This document shows, piece by piece, positions 10,295-19,325 of a DNA stretch of 64,000 bases (positions within the stretch are counted from its first letter, which is position 1; each line of letters begins with the position of its first letter). The translations under genes and the position numbers were made by a program. Source of the DNA: an uncultured Dorea sp. (GTDB lineage Bacteria > Bacillota > Clostridia > Lachnospirales > Lachnospiraceae). Where the stretch lies: positions 24,107-88,106 of the forward strand of contig CAJUBG010000003.1 of NCBI GenBank assembly GCA_910584575.1, given 5' to 3'. The notes under the pieces were generated by a model. That model was not told the DNA's origin. It saw only the letters and a list, made by a program, of their open reading frames with translations, and did not search any database.

Positions 10295-10886
10295 ATCTTC
10301 CCGTACTGTTGGCAATATGCTTCACGACGCCGTACTGGTATTTGAGATGAACGGTACGGACTTCTTGAGAAGATTTATTCAATCCAATGTCGCCGAACAG
10401 ATTGAAAACGGCAATCCCAAATACATTGCGGGAAAAAGCGGCTTGGAATTGTTTCTGGAGGTCATGGAGAATACCACCGGACAATTCTGCAATGCCGAAC
10501 TTGTTGAAAGCTATGACCGCAGCGATGTGTATTGGGCAGGCTGGATGCTGACACATTATCAATGGTACTCTGCTTACACTTTTAAGAGTATACTGGATAC
10601 GATTCCTTACGGTGAGCTTATCGGACTTTACGGAACGCTTCACGAAGCGGATATTCAAAAGAGTTACGAAGTTCTCGACGCTCATTTTTCACAAAGCGAG
10701 AGCAAGCTGAAAACAGCCAGGAAGCATTGCGGATTAACACAGGAGACACTTGCTAATAAATCTGGTGTCTCACTCAATACCATCCGTGCATACGAACGGA
10801 AAAGCAAAGACTTGGATAAGGCTCAGTTTGATATTGTGATGCGTCTTTCCAAAGCCTTAAGGTGCGATGTGTCTGAATTACTTTAG
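10257..10886 (+). CDS. XRE-family HTH protein with N-terminal helical domain (candidate antitoxin/autorepressor)
   Basis: C-terminal LKTARKHCGLTQETLANKSGVSLNTIRAYE HTH. Overlaps the upstream gene. Confidence 0.8.
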   Translation: MTTHAYSQLYLNKSSRTVGNMLHDAVLVFEMNGTDFLRRFIQSNVAEQIENGNPKYIAGKSGLELFLEVMENTTGQFCNAELVESYDRSDVYWAGWMLTHYQWYSAYTFKSILDTIPYGELIGLYGTLHEADIQKSYEVLDAHFSQSESKLKTARKHCGLTQETLANKSGVSLNTIRAYERKSKDLDKAQFDIVMRLSKALRCDVSELL

Positions 10887-10948
10887 ATTTGTTTTAGTGA
10901 AATCTATTTAGCATAATAGTATACTTTAATAAAAAGAAGGTGGAAAAC

Positions 10949-12147
10949 ATGACAGTGTCAAAAAAGCATTTTAATACTACAGGTAAATGTTATCCGAGCG
11001 AACATTATATGGTTGATATTCACAATCAATTATCAAACTCCAAAAGATGGTATCACGAGGCGACTATTTCTGCATGAATCGGGCCAGACAGTACGGAAAG
11101 ACGACAACGCTTTCCCTGCTAAAAGAATCTCTTGAGGATGAATACACTATATTTTCGATTAGTTTTGAGGGAATCTGGACAGTCGTTTATGAATCTGACG
11201 AAGCATTGGCCTATGCATTTCTGTGCCTTCTAAATGATTGTCTAACATACAACGAAGTAAAACATGTGTCAGAACCTTAAAAAGATTTGATTTCAGATAC
11301 AGCCGCCCATACGGCAGAGAGTTTTTCTCTAATTAAACTATCCCGTCTGATTTCTCAGCTCTGTAACGTCTCTGCCAAACCGGTTATTTTATTCATTGAT
11401 GAAGCAGACCAGGCAGGAAACAATAAATCGTTCCTGGAATTCCTGGGTCTGCTTCGGGATAAATATCTGAAGCGGCGTGAGCGTCCAACGTTCTGGTCGG
11501 TGATTCTTGCAAGTGTATATGACATAAAAAATCTGAAATTAAAGCTGCGTCCACAGGAAGATCATCAGTACAACAGTCCATGGAATATTGCCGCAGATTT
11601 TGATATTGATATGAATTTTACAAGAACCGATATTGAGGGTATGCTTATTTCTTATGAAAATGACTATCATACCGGAATGGATATCAGATTAATGGCTGGA
11701 TTAATGTATGATTATACATCCGGTTATCCTTTCTTGGTGAGCCGTCTATGCAAAATTATAGATGAAAAAATATGTGAAAAGGATACATTTCCTGATAAAA
11801 GCTCTGCATGGAGTAAAGACGGTTTTCAGGAGGCACTAAGAGTATTGTTATCTGAAGCTAATACATTATTTGACGATATGCGTAAGAAGCTCTCTGATAA
11901 TCCGCACCTGAAAAAGATGTTATATGAGCTTTTATATGAAGGTCAGACATTTCTTTATAATACGGATGATAATGTATTGGATATTGCTGAAATGTTCGGT
12001 TATATCAGAAACGATAATGGGAAGGTTATGGTAGCTAACCGCATTTTTGAGACACGTTTATACAATCTTTTTATTTCCGAAGAAAGGATGCGTATAGTAT
12101 TAAGAAATAATACCTATTCAAAAGCGGCGCATATTCCTATGGCTTAA
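10949..12147 (+). pseudogene. Disrupted AAA-like ATPase, paralog of 2872-4473
   Basis: Starts MTVSKKHFNTTGKCYPSEHYMVD, matching the paralog N-terminus. Frameshift near 11040, in-frame TAA at 11278-11280. RARQYGKTT and SPWNIAADF are retained. Similarity stops near 12080, so the nuclease domain is lost. Confidence 0.85.
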
Positions 12148-12239
12148 GGGACAAAGTTCACTAACCCGCAGTACGCGCATTACAGTGTGTCTTTTGAGTA
12201 TAAGAATACATGCCGCTTTACGCATTGATTCTGTCATAT

Positions 12240-12410
12240 TTACTTTAAAGTTATATCTTCTGCGTTTACTCCTAAAGAAGATAGTTTAGCAACTGTAACT
12301 TTAATGAAATAATCTAACATTTCATTTTCATGATTACCATTAGCCCTTTTAATCTGTTGCAATTCTGTATATCTGTCAATAGTTGATGTGATTAATTCTT
12401 TTTCAGTCAT
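12240..12410 (-). CDS. Small hypothetical protein (56 aa)
   Basis: Below the ORF-track cutoff: MTEKELITSTIDRYTELQQIKRANGNHENEMLDYFIKVTVAKLSSLGVNAEDITLK. AGGTG RBS and its own promoter. Confidence 0.7.
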   Translation of the reverse strand: MTEKELITSTIDRYTELQQIKRANGNHENEMLDYFIKVTVAKLSSLGVNAEDITLK

Positions 12411-12460
12411 AAATGCACCTGCTTTCTGATAAATATTGCTACCGTTTATTTAATAAATTT

Positions 12461-12489
12461 ATTATAGCAACTGATGATTTAGATGTAAA
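12461..12489 (-). promoter_or_regulatory. SigA promoter of the 56-aa gene
   Basis: TTTACA-N17-TATAAT with extended -10 TG. Confidence 0.65.
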
Positions 12490-12562
12490 GCCTTATTAGA
12501 TTATCAAATCGGTGACTTTCAGCCTATAAAGTCGGATAAGAAATATGTGAATAGTATTACAT

Positions 12563-12596
12563 AAAAAGACCCTGGAGGATATTCCAAGGTCTTTTT
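12563..12596 (-). terminator. Rho-independent terminator of paralog 2
   Basis: AAAAAGACCCTGGA...TCCAAGGTCTTTTT stem with A/T tails just after the stop. Confidence 0.75.
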
Positions 12597-13104
12597 ACGT
12601 ATGTTTTATGAGTTAGTGTTTCTTCTTTCCGTTCCCTTTCTTTGATTTTATCTGTATGCCCGCGATAACTGCGATACATGCAACTGCCAGTACAATCCAG
12701 ACAACCATCTTGCTGGTGTCACCTGTCTTTGGCAGGAGAGTAGCTGCGGCAGAACGGATAGCGTCGGCTACGGAAGCAGTACCATTTGAACCATTATTAC
12801 CTGATGCTGAACCATCTCCAGTAGTTCCGTTTGTACCAGAACCATCTCTAGGTGTAACACCGTCATCACCTGTACCAGACGGGTCTGTCGGATCTTGGGC
12901 ATTCGGATCATCAGGATTGGTGGGATCTTGGTTATTCGGATCATCAGGATTGGTCGGATCTTGATTATTTGGATCGTCAGGATCAGTCGTGCCGTCACCT
13001 ACATTATTACTAAACGGTCCATCCTCCTCAGCAGCCGTCCAGGCAATCGCAATAGGTGAAGCACTGGAAAGGGTAAACTGAAGTCCATTTGGAGTTTTTG
13101 TGAT
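12593..13104 (-). repeat. 512-bp near-identical inverted repeat (partner 8815-9326)
   Basis: Reverse complement aligns to 8815-9326. Confidence 0.9.
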
Positions 13105-16100
13105 ATCTTTCCCGACTCTGTCTTCTATTTTTCCAATAGATTCCCCTTCTTCAAACATATGAACCAGAACAAAATCATTCGATTCCATATCGGTGCCTTC
13201 CGGATAATCTATGGTAAATGTGTAACCTTCCTCCGGAAAATCATTTGCAGTAGCCCTTCGAGGATCGTCATAACCAACTACAGCTTCTACGAGGAAATCG
13301 TAGTATACCATTTTAGCTTCATCTTCAAACGTCTTATAGTTACCGATAAAACGAAGCCTGGTACACAATAACTGGCCAATTCTGTCGCTTATCCCTTCTC
13401 TGGAAAGATCCGGATTTGTTTCTTCTTCCTTTAGCCTATTAGCAATCGTTGCTTCCAGATTAGGCGTAATGTTATTTTTTTTTGTTTCCTCTCCGTTTCG
13501 AGCAAATATTCTTGGATTTTTAGCATAACTTAATTTGGGTGTCAATACAATCTGCGTAAGTGCAATAGGTTCTAAGACGCGAGGGGTCATTTCATTATCG
13601 ACATGGATAGCAATCGCCTTAATGGTTGCTTTCAATGTTCCGTTCGTATCAACCGGAAAAGCGCCCTGATACAATGTGCCGTTGCTGGTTGTCGGATCCT
13701 CAGGTATTTCCTCGCCCGTTGCCATCGTATAATATATCTGCAGCTTATCCGCTATATCTTTATCCACATCTGCCTTGAACTGGAGTGAAGCAGTTGTTGT
13801 GTTGACAAAAGAATATGGGTCTTTGTCGGTTGGCGATGAAAGCTTCAACTCAAGCTCAGGTATTTGAGGTAACAGTCTTGAAAATACAACGTTTTCGCTT
13901 ATTTTTGGTTCCCAATTACCCCAGTAAGCAATCGCTCTGACAGTAGTATCTTTCTTATAGAGGCCGTTTTCACTCTCAACCAAAGTTTCGTTCTTATGCT
14001 TGGAAATTGTAAATGGTTCGCCCTTCGTATATGGGATACTCTCTTTGGTAGGCTCTGTTCCGTCCAACGTATAGTAGATTTCTGCATCAGGTGTCTCACA
14101 TTCAATCTGAACCTTGGCTGATTCGATATATTCATGATCATTTACTATACCACTGTTAGCAGCTTCTTCATCCTCAGTTTTGTTATCGTTGTAAAAAGAT
14201 ATCTTAAGCTCTTTTACATATAAAGGCTCTGTAGTAGCTTTAAGTTGATCTGTTATTTCAGTTGTATTACTTGGTTTACGAGTATCTGTTATCTTATATC
14301 TGACATATGCAACATACGTAGTAGAAGATTCGCTGGTGGTTATTTTGTTAAGATTAGGGGCATTGTTTCCAACAGGTTGATAGTCTGTGTACTCAAGTTT
14401 CTCTGGATCTACCTCTTTTCCTTCCTTAACAATACAGTATTCTACAACCTTGGCGGAATCATATTCCTCAGGCTGTTCTAAATAGATGGCAGAGGACTCG
14501 CCGCTTGGATCTTTTTCTGCACGAAGGGTAAATCCTTCCGGTCCATTTCCTCCATCAAGAAGCCCAATCTTATCAATAAGTTCTGCCGTTTCGCTGGCCG
14601 CAATATTTTTGGGGTCAGCCGGTGACGCTAATGAGCGAGCTTGGAAAGTATATTCTCCAAAAAAGTACTTGTCTTTTTCATCCTTAGGAATATCAAATGT
14701 ATAAGTAAGGCCGTTATCTGTACTTAAAACGGGCTGCCATGCAGCATCTTCGGTACTATTTCCATCGTCAGACGGTTTTTTCATCCGACATTCATATGAT
14801 AAATCTTGATATCTTGTATCTTCCGGATCTTCTGGATCTGCTTTAATTGTCAACGTATATGTGTATTTGCCTGTCTTATCATCTGGCTCGCCAGATAATA
14901 CGGGTTTTTTAGGTGCGAATGGGTTGATAGTCACATCGGGGACGGTTAAAGTTTTCCCTATATATGATTCATCCAGGGAATAGTTTTTCCCTTTATCTCC
15001 TCTTAAGATAAGATCCTCTACCTTTTTAAATGTAATAGTATTATATGTTCCGACATTCTTTGCTTCATTGCCTTCTGAATCAAGAAGCATAACCATAGTG
15101 CCAGGGCTAAGTTCAACATAATCTATATCTTTTGGAAAAACATTTAATTTGATGCCAGTCAGTTCGATATCAGAAGTAGTATCATAGTCCTTCTCAGTCT
15201 TTGTAGACAACGATCTTTCATCAATAGTTATTGGTTTGGGTGTAATTGTAAAATCAACCTTTTTTTCGCCTCTGTCCCCCTTGTAATTTCCGATACCTGT
15301 TATAATGTAAGTATATGTGCCTACATCTTTTGGTTCTAAAACATTTACGGTATAATCAGTATCTTTGATTAAAGGAGTTGATGATCCTTCAAGCGTTACT
15401 GTCGGATTCAGTAAATATGGCTCGCCCTTATATTCTGCCGTAAATTTATCTGTTTCAGGACCTAGTATGGTATCTCCCGTCTCTCCTTCTAAAGTTACGG
15501 TAGCGTTATCAATCGGAATAGCGGTAATCTCAAAATTTTTTGTAGTAGAACCTGTAAGGTTTTTCTGACCCTCAATCGTAATAGTTGCAGGAGTTCCATT
15601 GCTGACATTTACAGCATTTTCATAGACAGCAGTATAGTTTTCTGCACCTATAGGTTCACCATCAAATGTTATGGTCAATGGAGGATTATGCTCATTCCCA
15701 TCATAAGTTTTATCAGGAATGTCGGCAATCGTACACTCTCCAATGTTCCTTTTAGATACTTTTATAGTAATCTTGAAATACGTTGATGAAGGATATTTCG
15801 GATTCGTACATTCTATTGTATATGTTCCCTGATCTATCATCTCATTTTTAGGAACAGGACGGTCGTTGCGCTTTACGGTTTTAATCCAGTCGCCAGGACT
15901 GTCTATTTCATAAGACTCTGTTTTACCTCCCACAGTAATGGGACGCTTGCCATCCTTATATTTAAGTTTGAATGCATCTTCTGTTAAACTCTTAGCAGTA
16001 TATTTTAAGTTTAATTCGTCAGAAGAAAGAAGATCTTCTTTTATTAAAACTACTTTCTTTTTGATGTTCTGGTCAACTGCCCCCATAATATCGTCAGATG

Positions 16101-17319
16101 ATGCTATCTCTTTTAATAGATTTCTGTTAATAATGCTATTGGAATCATCACCTTTGATTGACCCTGAAACAAATATATACTCCTTGCTTGTATTTCCAGA
16201 AGGAATTATAAGTAAAGAGGCTTTATCTTGAAAGACTAATTCTTCATTCTCAAGTACATCCTTTTTTAGAGACGCATTTCCATATACGTCGCCTGTACGC
16301 AAAACCTTTTTGTTTGTAGTCGCTTCTTTATTCCATACAATCCCGCTAAAACCCTCTTTGAAGGTATCCTCGGTCAGTTCATTTGTCACAATATCAGTAC
16401 TTCCGTTTCCTGATTCTAAGATTGGACAATCAATGCCGCTTCCTTGACTCATTCCATTTTTACCTTCGCCGCCATATGCAATAATCTCTCCGCCGGAAAG
16501 TGTAGTTTTTGCGTAAGAGTCAGAACTTCCACTGGCATATTCACGATAAGATTTTCCGCCATAACCAATACCTGAACCACTGGGATAAGATTCCATTCCA
16601 TGAGCCGCAGAAGCGCTTTGACCGCCTATGGCTGTTACCTTACCACCAGTAATTGTAATATTGCCGATAGCGCCTTCTGAACCGCAACCGATACCCGCGG
16701 CTGAAATCCCGCCAGTAGCTTCTATTGTACCGCTGTTAATCGTAATATCACCATGAGCGCTTGCGCTTTGACCGCCGATACCCGCGCCAGTATCGCCGCC
16801 TTTGGCAGTAAGTTTATTGGAAAGAGCGCCATCTTTACTCTCGATAATAATCGAGCTACCGTCCTCTACATAAATACCCGCAGAACCTTTAGCGCCTTCT
16901 AAAGAATTTGTTCCTTCTAAAATAAGAGTTACCTCTGCTTTATTTTGAATCGTTAATGCCGGACCGCTGGAGGATTTAATCTTTACATTTCTCAATGTAA
17001 CTGTATGAGAAACCTTTTTAGAAGGATTACCAGTGTCAGGGCTGTCTCCAGGTGCACCACCTATTACAATAGTGTGGTTGTTCTCTGGCGCTGCATCTGT
17101 TGCAGTAATAATATGCCCGTTACATTCATTATTAAGACAGTCATAACTATTGTTACTATCATTCTCATCCTCATAATAATCAAAAATTTGTACAGGCCCA
17201 TCCTTTGCATCGTGCTCTGTGGGAGAAGCAGCCGCATTTGCCATTGATGGGAAATATAGAAATGTCGTAAATGCAGCTAAATACATGGCCAAAGAGGCTA
17301 GTTTCTTTCTTCGCATCAT
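12613..17319 (-). CDS. Large sortase-anchored (LPKTG) surface protein, paralog 2
   Basis: Same architecture as paralog 1: signal peptide, GAGIGG region, YDG-like motifs, IYYTLDGTEP, LPKTG-TM-basic tail. Confidence 0.9.
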   Translation of the reverse strand: MMRRKKLASLAMYLAAFTTFLYFPSMANAAASPTEHDAKDGPVQIFDYYEDENDSNNSYDCLNNECNGHIITATDAAPENNHTIVIGGAPGDSPDTGNPSKKVSHTVTLRNVKIKSSSGPALTIQNKAEVTLILEGTNSLEGAKGSAGIYVEDGSSIIIESKDGALSNKLTAKGGDTGAGIGGQSASAHGDITINSGTIEATGGISAAGIGCGSEGAIGNITITGGKVTAIGGQSASAAHGMESYPSGSGIGYGGKSYREYASGSSDSYAKTTLSGGEIIAYGGEGKNGMSQGSGIDCPILESGNGSTDIVTNELTEDTFKEGFSGIVWNKEATTNKKVLRTGDVYGNASLKKDVLENEELVFQDKASLLIIPSGNTSKEYIFVSGSIKGDDSNSIINRNLLKEIASSDDIMGAVDQNIKKKVVLIKEDLLSSDELNLKYTAKSLTEDAFKLKYKDGKRPITVGGKTESYEIDSPGDWIKTVKRNDRPVPKNEMIDQGTYTIECTNPKYPSSTYFKITIKVSKRNIGECTIADIPDKTYDGNEHNPPLTITFDGEPIGAENYTAVYENAVNVSNGTPATITIEGQKNLTGSTTKNFEITAIPIDNATVTLEGETGDTILGPETDKFTAEYKGEPYLLNPTVTLEGSSTPLIKDTDYTVNVLEPKDVGTYTYIITGIGNYKGDRGEKKVDFTITPKPITIDERSLSTKTEKDYDTTSDIELTGIKLNVFPKDIDYVELSPGTMVMLLDSEGNEAKNVGTYNTITFKKVEDLILRGDKGKNYSLDESYIGKTLTVPDVTINPFAPKKPVLSGEPDDKTGKYTYTLTIKADPEDPEDTRYQDLSYECRMKKPSDDGNSTEDAAWQPVLSTDNGLTYTFDIPKDEKDKYFFGEYTFQARSLASPADPKNIAASETAELIDKIGLLDGGNGPEGFTLRAEKDPSGESSAIYLEQPEEYDSAKVVEYCIVKEGKEVDPEKLEYTDYQPVGNNAPNLNKITTSESSTTYVAYVRYKITDTRKPSNTTEITDQLKATTEPLYVKELKISFYNDNKTEDEEAANSGIVNDHEYIESAKVQIECETPDAEIYYTLDGTEPTKESIPYTKGEPFTISKHKNETLVESENGLYKKDTTVRAIAYWGNWEPKISENVVFSRLLPQIPELELKLSSPTDKDPYSFVNTTTASLQFKADVDKDIADKLQIYYTMATGEEIPEDPTTSNGTLYQGAFPVDTNGTLKATIKAIAIHVDNEMTPRVLEPIALTQIVLTPKLSYAKNPRIFARNGEETKKNNITPNLEATIANRLKEEETNPDLSREGISDRIGQLLCTRLRFIGNYKTFEDEAKMVYYDFLVEAVVGYDDPRRATANDFPEEGYTFTIDYPEGTDMESNDFVLVHMFEEGESIGKIEDRVGKDITKTPNGLQFTLSSASPIAIAWTAAEEDGPFSNNVGDGTTDPDDPNNQDPTNPDDPNNQDPTNPDDPNAQDPTDPSGTGDDGVTPRDGSGTNGTTGDGSASGNNGSNGTASVADAIRSAAATLLPKTGDTSKMVVWIVLAVACIAVIAGIQIKSKKGNGKKKH

Positions 17320-17384
17320 ATCTAATCCTTTCTAAAATTTATCATATTCTAGTACCTGAGATCTATTGGACAAATGGAATTTTG
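17302..17384 (-). repeat. Right arm of the perfect 83-bp inverted repeat (partner 4580-4662)
   Basis: Exact reverse complement of 4580-4662. Confidence 0.95.
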
Positions 17385-17407
17385 ACCTTTAGATCGACCT
17401 TGATATA

Positions 17408-17436
17408 AGTATACTTCAATTTTCCAGGAAGTTCAA
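17408..17436 (-). promoter_or_regulatory. SigA-type promoter facing paralog 2, outside the 83-bp repeat
   Basis: Minus strand TTGAAC-N17-TATACT. Confidence 0.6.
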
Positions 17437-17944
17437 CGACTTTGTCCCCGATCAGGTATACTTATACATGGAAATTTTTGCTTCTAATGTCATTATATTC
17501 ACACAGGTTGTCTGAAATATCTGACATTATGCAAGTTCTTAACTCTAATTATATCCGGAAATAAACTCCGATACCAACGCTCACCCGTCTGAGCATACGC
17601 GCCACCCCCTATTCCATCTTTTCGGTTTTTTCCAGATATCAACACCGGTATTCCGGTAAAATTTGTCTATCTTCAACGCAACTCCACCTCTTTCCATGAT
17701 ACAATTTAGATTCTGCCCCGTATCGCCTAAAAAGAGCGTCTTATAATATATCGTCAAAAAAAGGATTTTGATTATACAACTTACGCAGATGTTTAAAGTT
17801 TTATGTGGAAGATATGTTTACTATAAAAGAGATGGCTAAAGTGTTACAATTTTTGTTTTGTGGGAAAAATGTATCCTGTAATTAAAATTTGCATATGCTA
17901 TAATGCCCCATCAGGCAAAGAAATGTGGAGAATTCCATGTAGGC

Positions 17945-17998
17945 AAAAAAAGAATCCCCGCCCTTAATGGCATACAGTCCGGGGATTCTTATTTTTTT
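17945..17998. terminator. Bidirectional terminator
   Basis: AAGAATCCCCG / CGGGGATTCTT stem with an A-run before and a T-run after. Confidence 0.75.
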
Positions 17999-18103
17999 AT
18001 AGTAGTAAAGCGTCCACTAGCGTGCTGTCTGGCCATTTGCTGATGAGTTGGCAAACGACACCTGCTACGTACAGTCACAATAAGCTACATGCTTTAGCAT
18101 TAC

Positions 18104-18535
18104 TTATAAATATTTCTTCATATCTTCCATCATTTTTTCCTCACATTTCACCAGCTTTTTTGCCAAAGAGATGCTGTCATGTGACGCGTCAGGACATTTA
18201 TTCATACACTCACTGATGGATTGAATCCCCATGTTACAGCCATTCATCAAAATTTTGGCAATCTGTGCGCTGTCATCTTTAATCATCAACTTCATCTCGG
18301 TTGTAATCCAAGAAAATGCAGATGCAATCTTATCTGGCTGCTGTTCACTCTCCCCCATCTCTTTGAGCTGTTTTGAAGATTCTTCTTCCAGCTTCTTATG
18401 CTGGTCTTTGTATGTTGTCAAAGTCTGTTCTAACTCCGCATTCATCAGAAAATCTTTAAGACGGTCCATACTATTGAGTGCCATCTTACATCCTGCATTA
18501 CATTCCTTCAAAAGTGTAACTGTCTGTTTGTCCAT
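18104..18535 (-). CDS. Conserved-looking helical hypothetical protein (ferritin-like pattern)
   Basis: 143-aa ORF with GGAGG RBS. Repeated helix pattern ECNAGCKMA / NGCNMGI. Confidence 0.7.
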   Translation of the reverse strand: MDKQTVTLLKECNAGCKMALNSMDRLKDFLMNAELEQTLTTYKDQHKKLEEESSKQLKEMGESEQQPDKIASAFSWITTEMKLMIKDDSAQIAKILMNGCNMGIQSISECMNKCPDASHDSISLAKKLVKCEEKMMEDMKKYL

Positions 18536-18892
18536 ACTTTATGCCTCCATTATCTCTACTTTTTTATATAGTCTGTAAAAAATGACGGAAAATATACCTA
18601 AGGGCATGAATTACGGTAGTCATTTAAAAGTTTCTTGCAATAAAATACTGTAATCTTTTAGTGTAGAACACCATATTTTACAAAAAAAGACTGATAATTT
18701 ATATAAATTGATGTTATTCTACGACTAAAACCAAGGAGGGAGATGATATTTATGAAAGCATTTACCATATAATAATAGAAAAGTGCGGAAAAATTTGTTT
18801 CGTATAGGAACAATACGTGTTCTTTAATGACACCTTTGGTAAAATATACCAAGAGACAAAAATTTACACCAAAATACAAAGGAGGAGAGCGT

Positions 18893-19243
18893 ATGGCTTT
18901 TGCTGAGAAACTCAAAGCATTACGTCTTGAAAACAAAATGACACAGGAAAATGTTGCTGAATGTGTGAATCTTTCACGTTCTACGATTGCAGGGTATGAA
19001 TCCAAGAATCGACAGCCTTCTTACGACAAGCTGTCAGCATTTGTTAAACTTTTCCATGTGTCTATGGATGAACTTCTTGAGGATGACGAGCCCGTTTATA
19101 CCGCAGCAGACGAATCGCATAATCTGGAAGCCGAAGGGCGTGATTTTATGATGCGATTTCAACGTCTGCCGGAAAACTCAAAAAAGGCTTTGTTAGAGCA
19201 TCTTCAGGAATTGGAAATTCAGGCTGGAATCAAAGAGACGTAG
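18893..19243 (+). CDS. XRE-family HTH transcriptional regulator
   Basis: FAEKLKALRLENKMTQENVA...SRSTIAGYE...RQPS HTH_3 pattern. AAAGGAGGAG RBS. Confidence 0.9.
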   Translation: MAFAEKLKALRLENKMTQENVAECVNLSRSTIAGYESKNRQPSYDKLSAFVKLFHVSMDELLEDDEPVYTAADESHNLEAEGRDFMMRFQRLPENSKKALLEHLQELEIQAGIKET

Positions 19244-19261
19244 TCCGAACTGCAAGTAATT

Positions 19262-19304
19262 AAAAAAGATGTCTGGTAAATTGTGGATAAATTTGCCAGA
19301 CATC
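19262..19304. terminator. Terminator between convergent XRE and Rpn genes
   Basis: GATGTCTGGTAAAT / ATTTGCCAGACATC stem preceded by an A-run. Confidence 0.65.
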
Positions 19305-19325
19305 ATCCTTTGGTAGAATGATCCT

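Noticed and set aside
17550..17697. Tiny minus-strand ORFs (38 aa and 15 aa) upstream of paralog 2
   Set aside because: Short, with no recognisable motif; cannot be supported from sequence alone.
17910..17950. Two GGCAAA motifs suggesting a c-di-GMP-I riboswitch
   Set aside because: Lacks the GNRA tetraloop/receptor stems and has no co-oriented downstream gene.
18040..18060. CTGATGAG hammerhead-ribozyme-like core
   Set aside because: No correctly placed downstream GAAA or three-stem junction.
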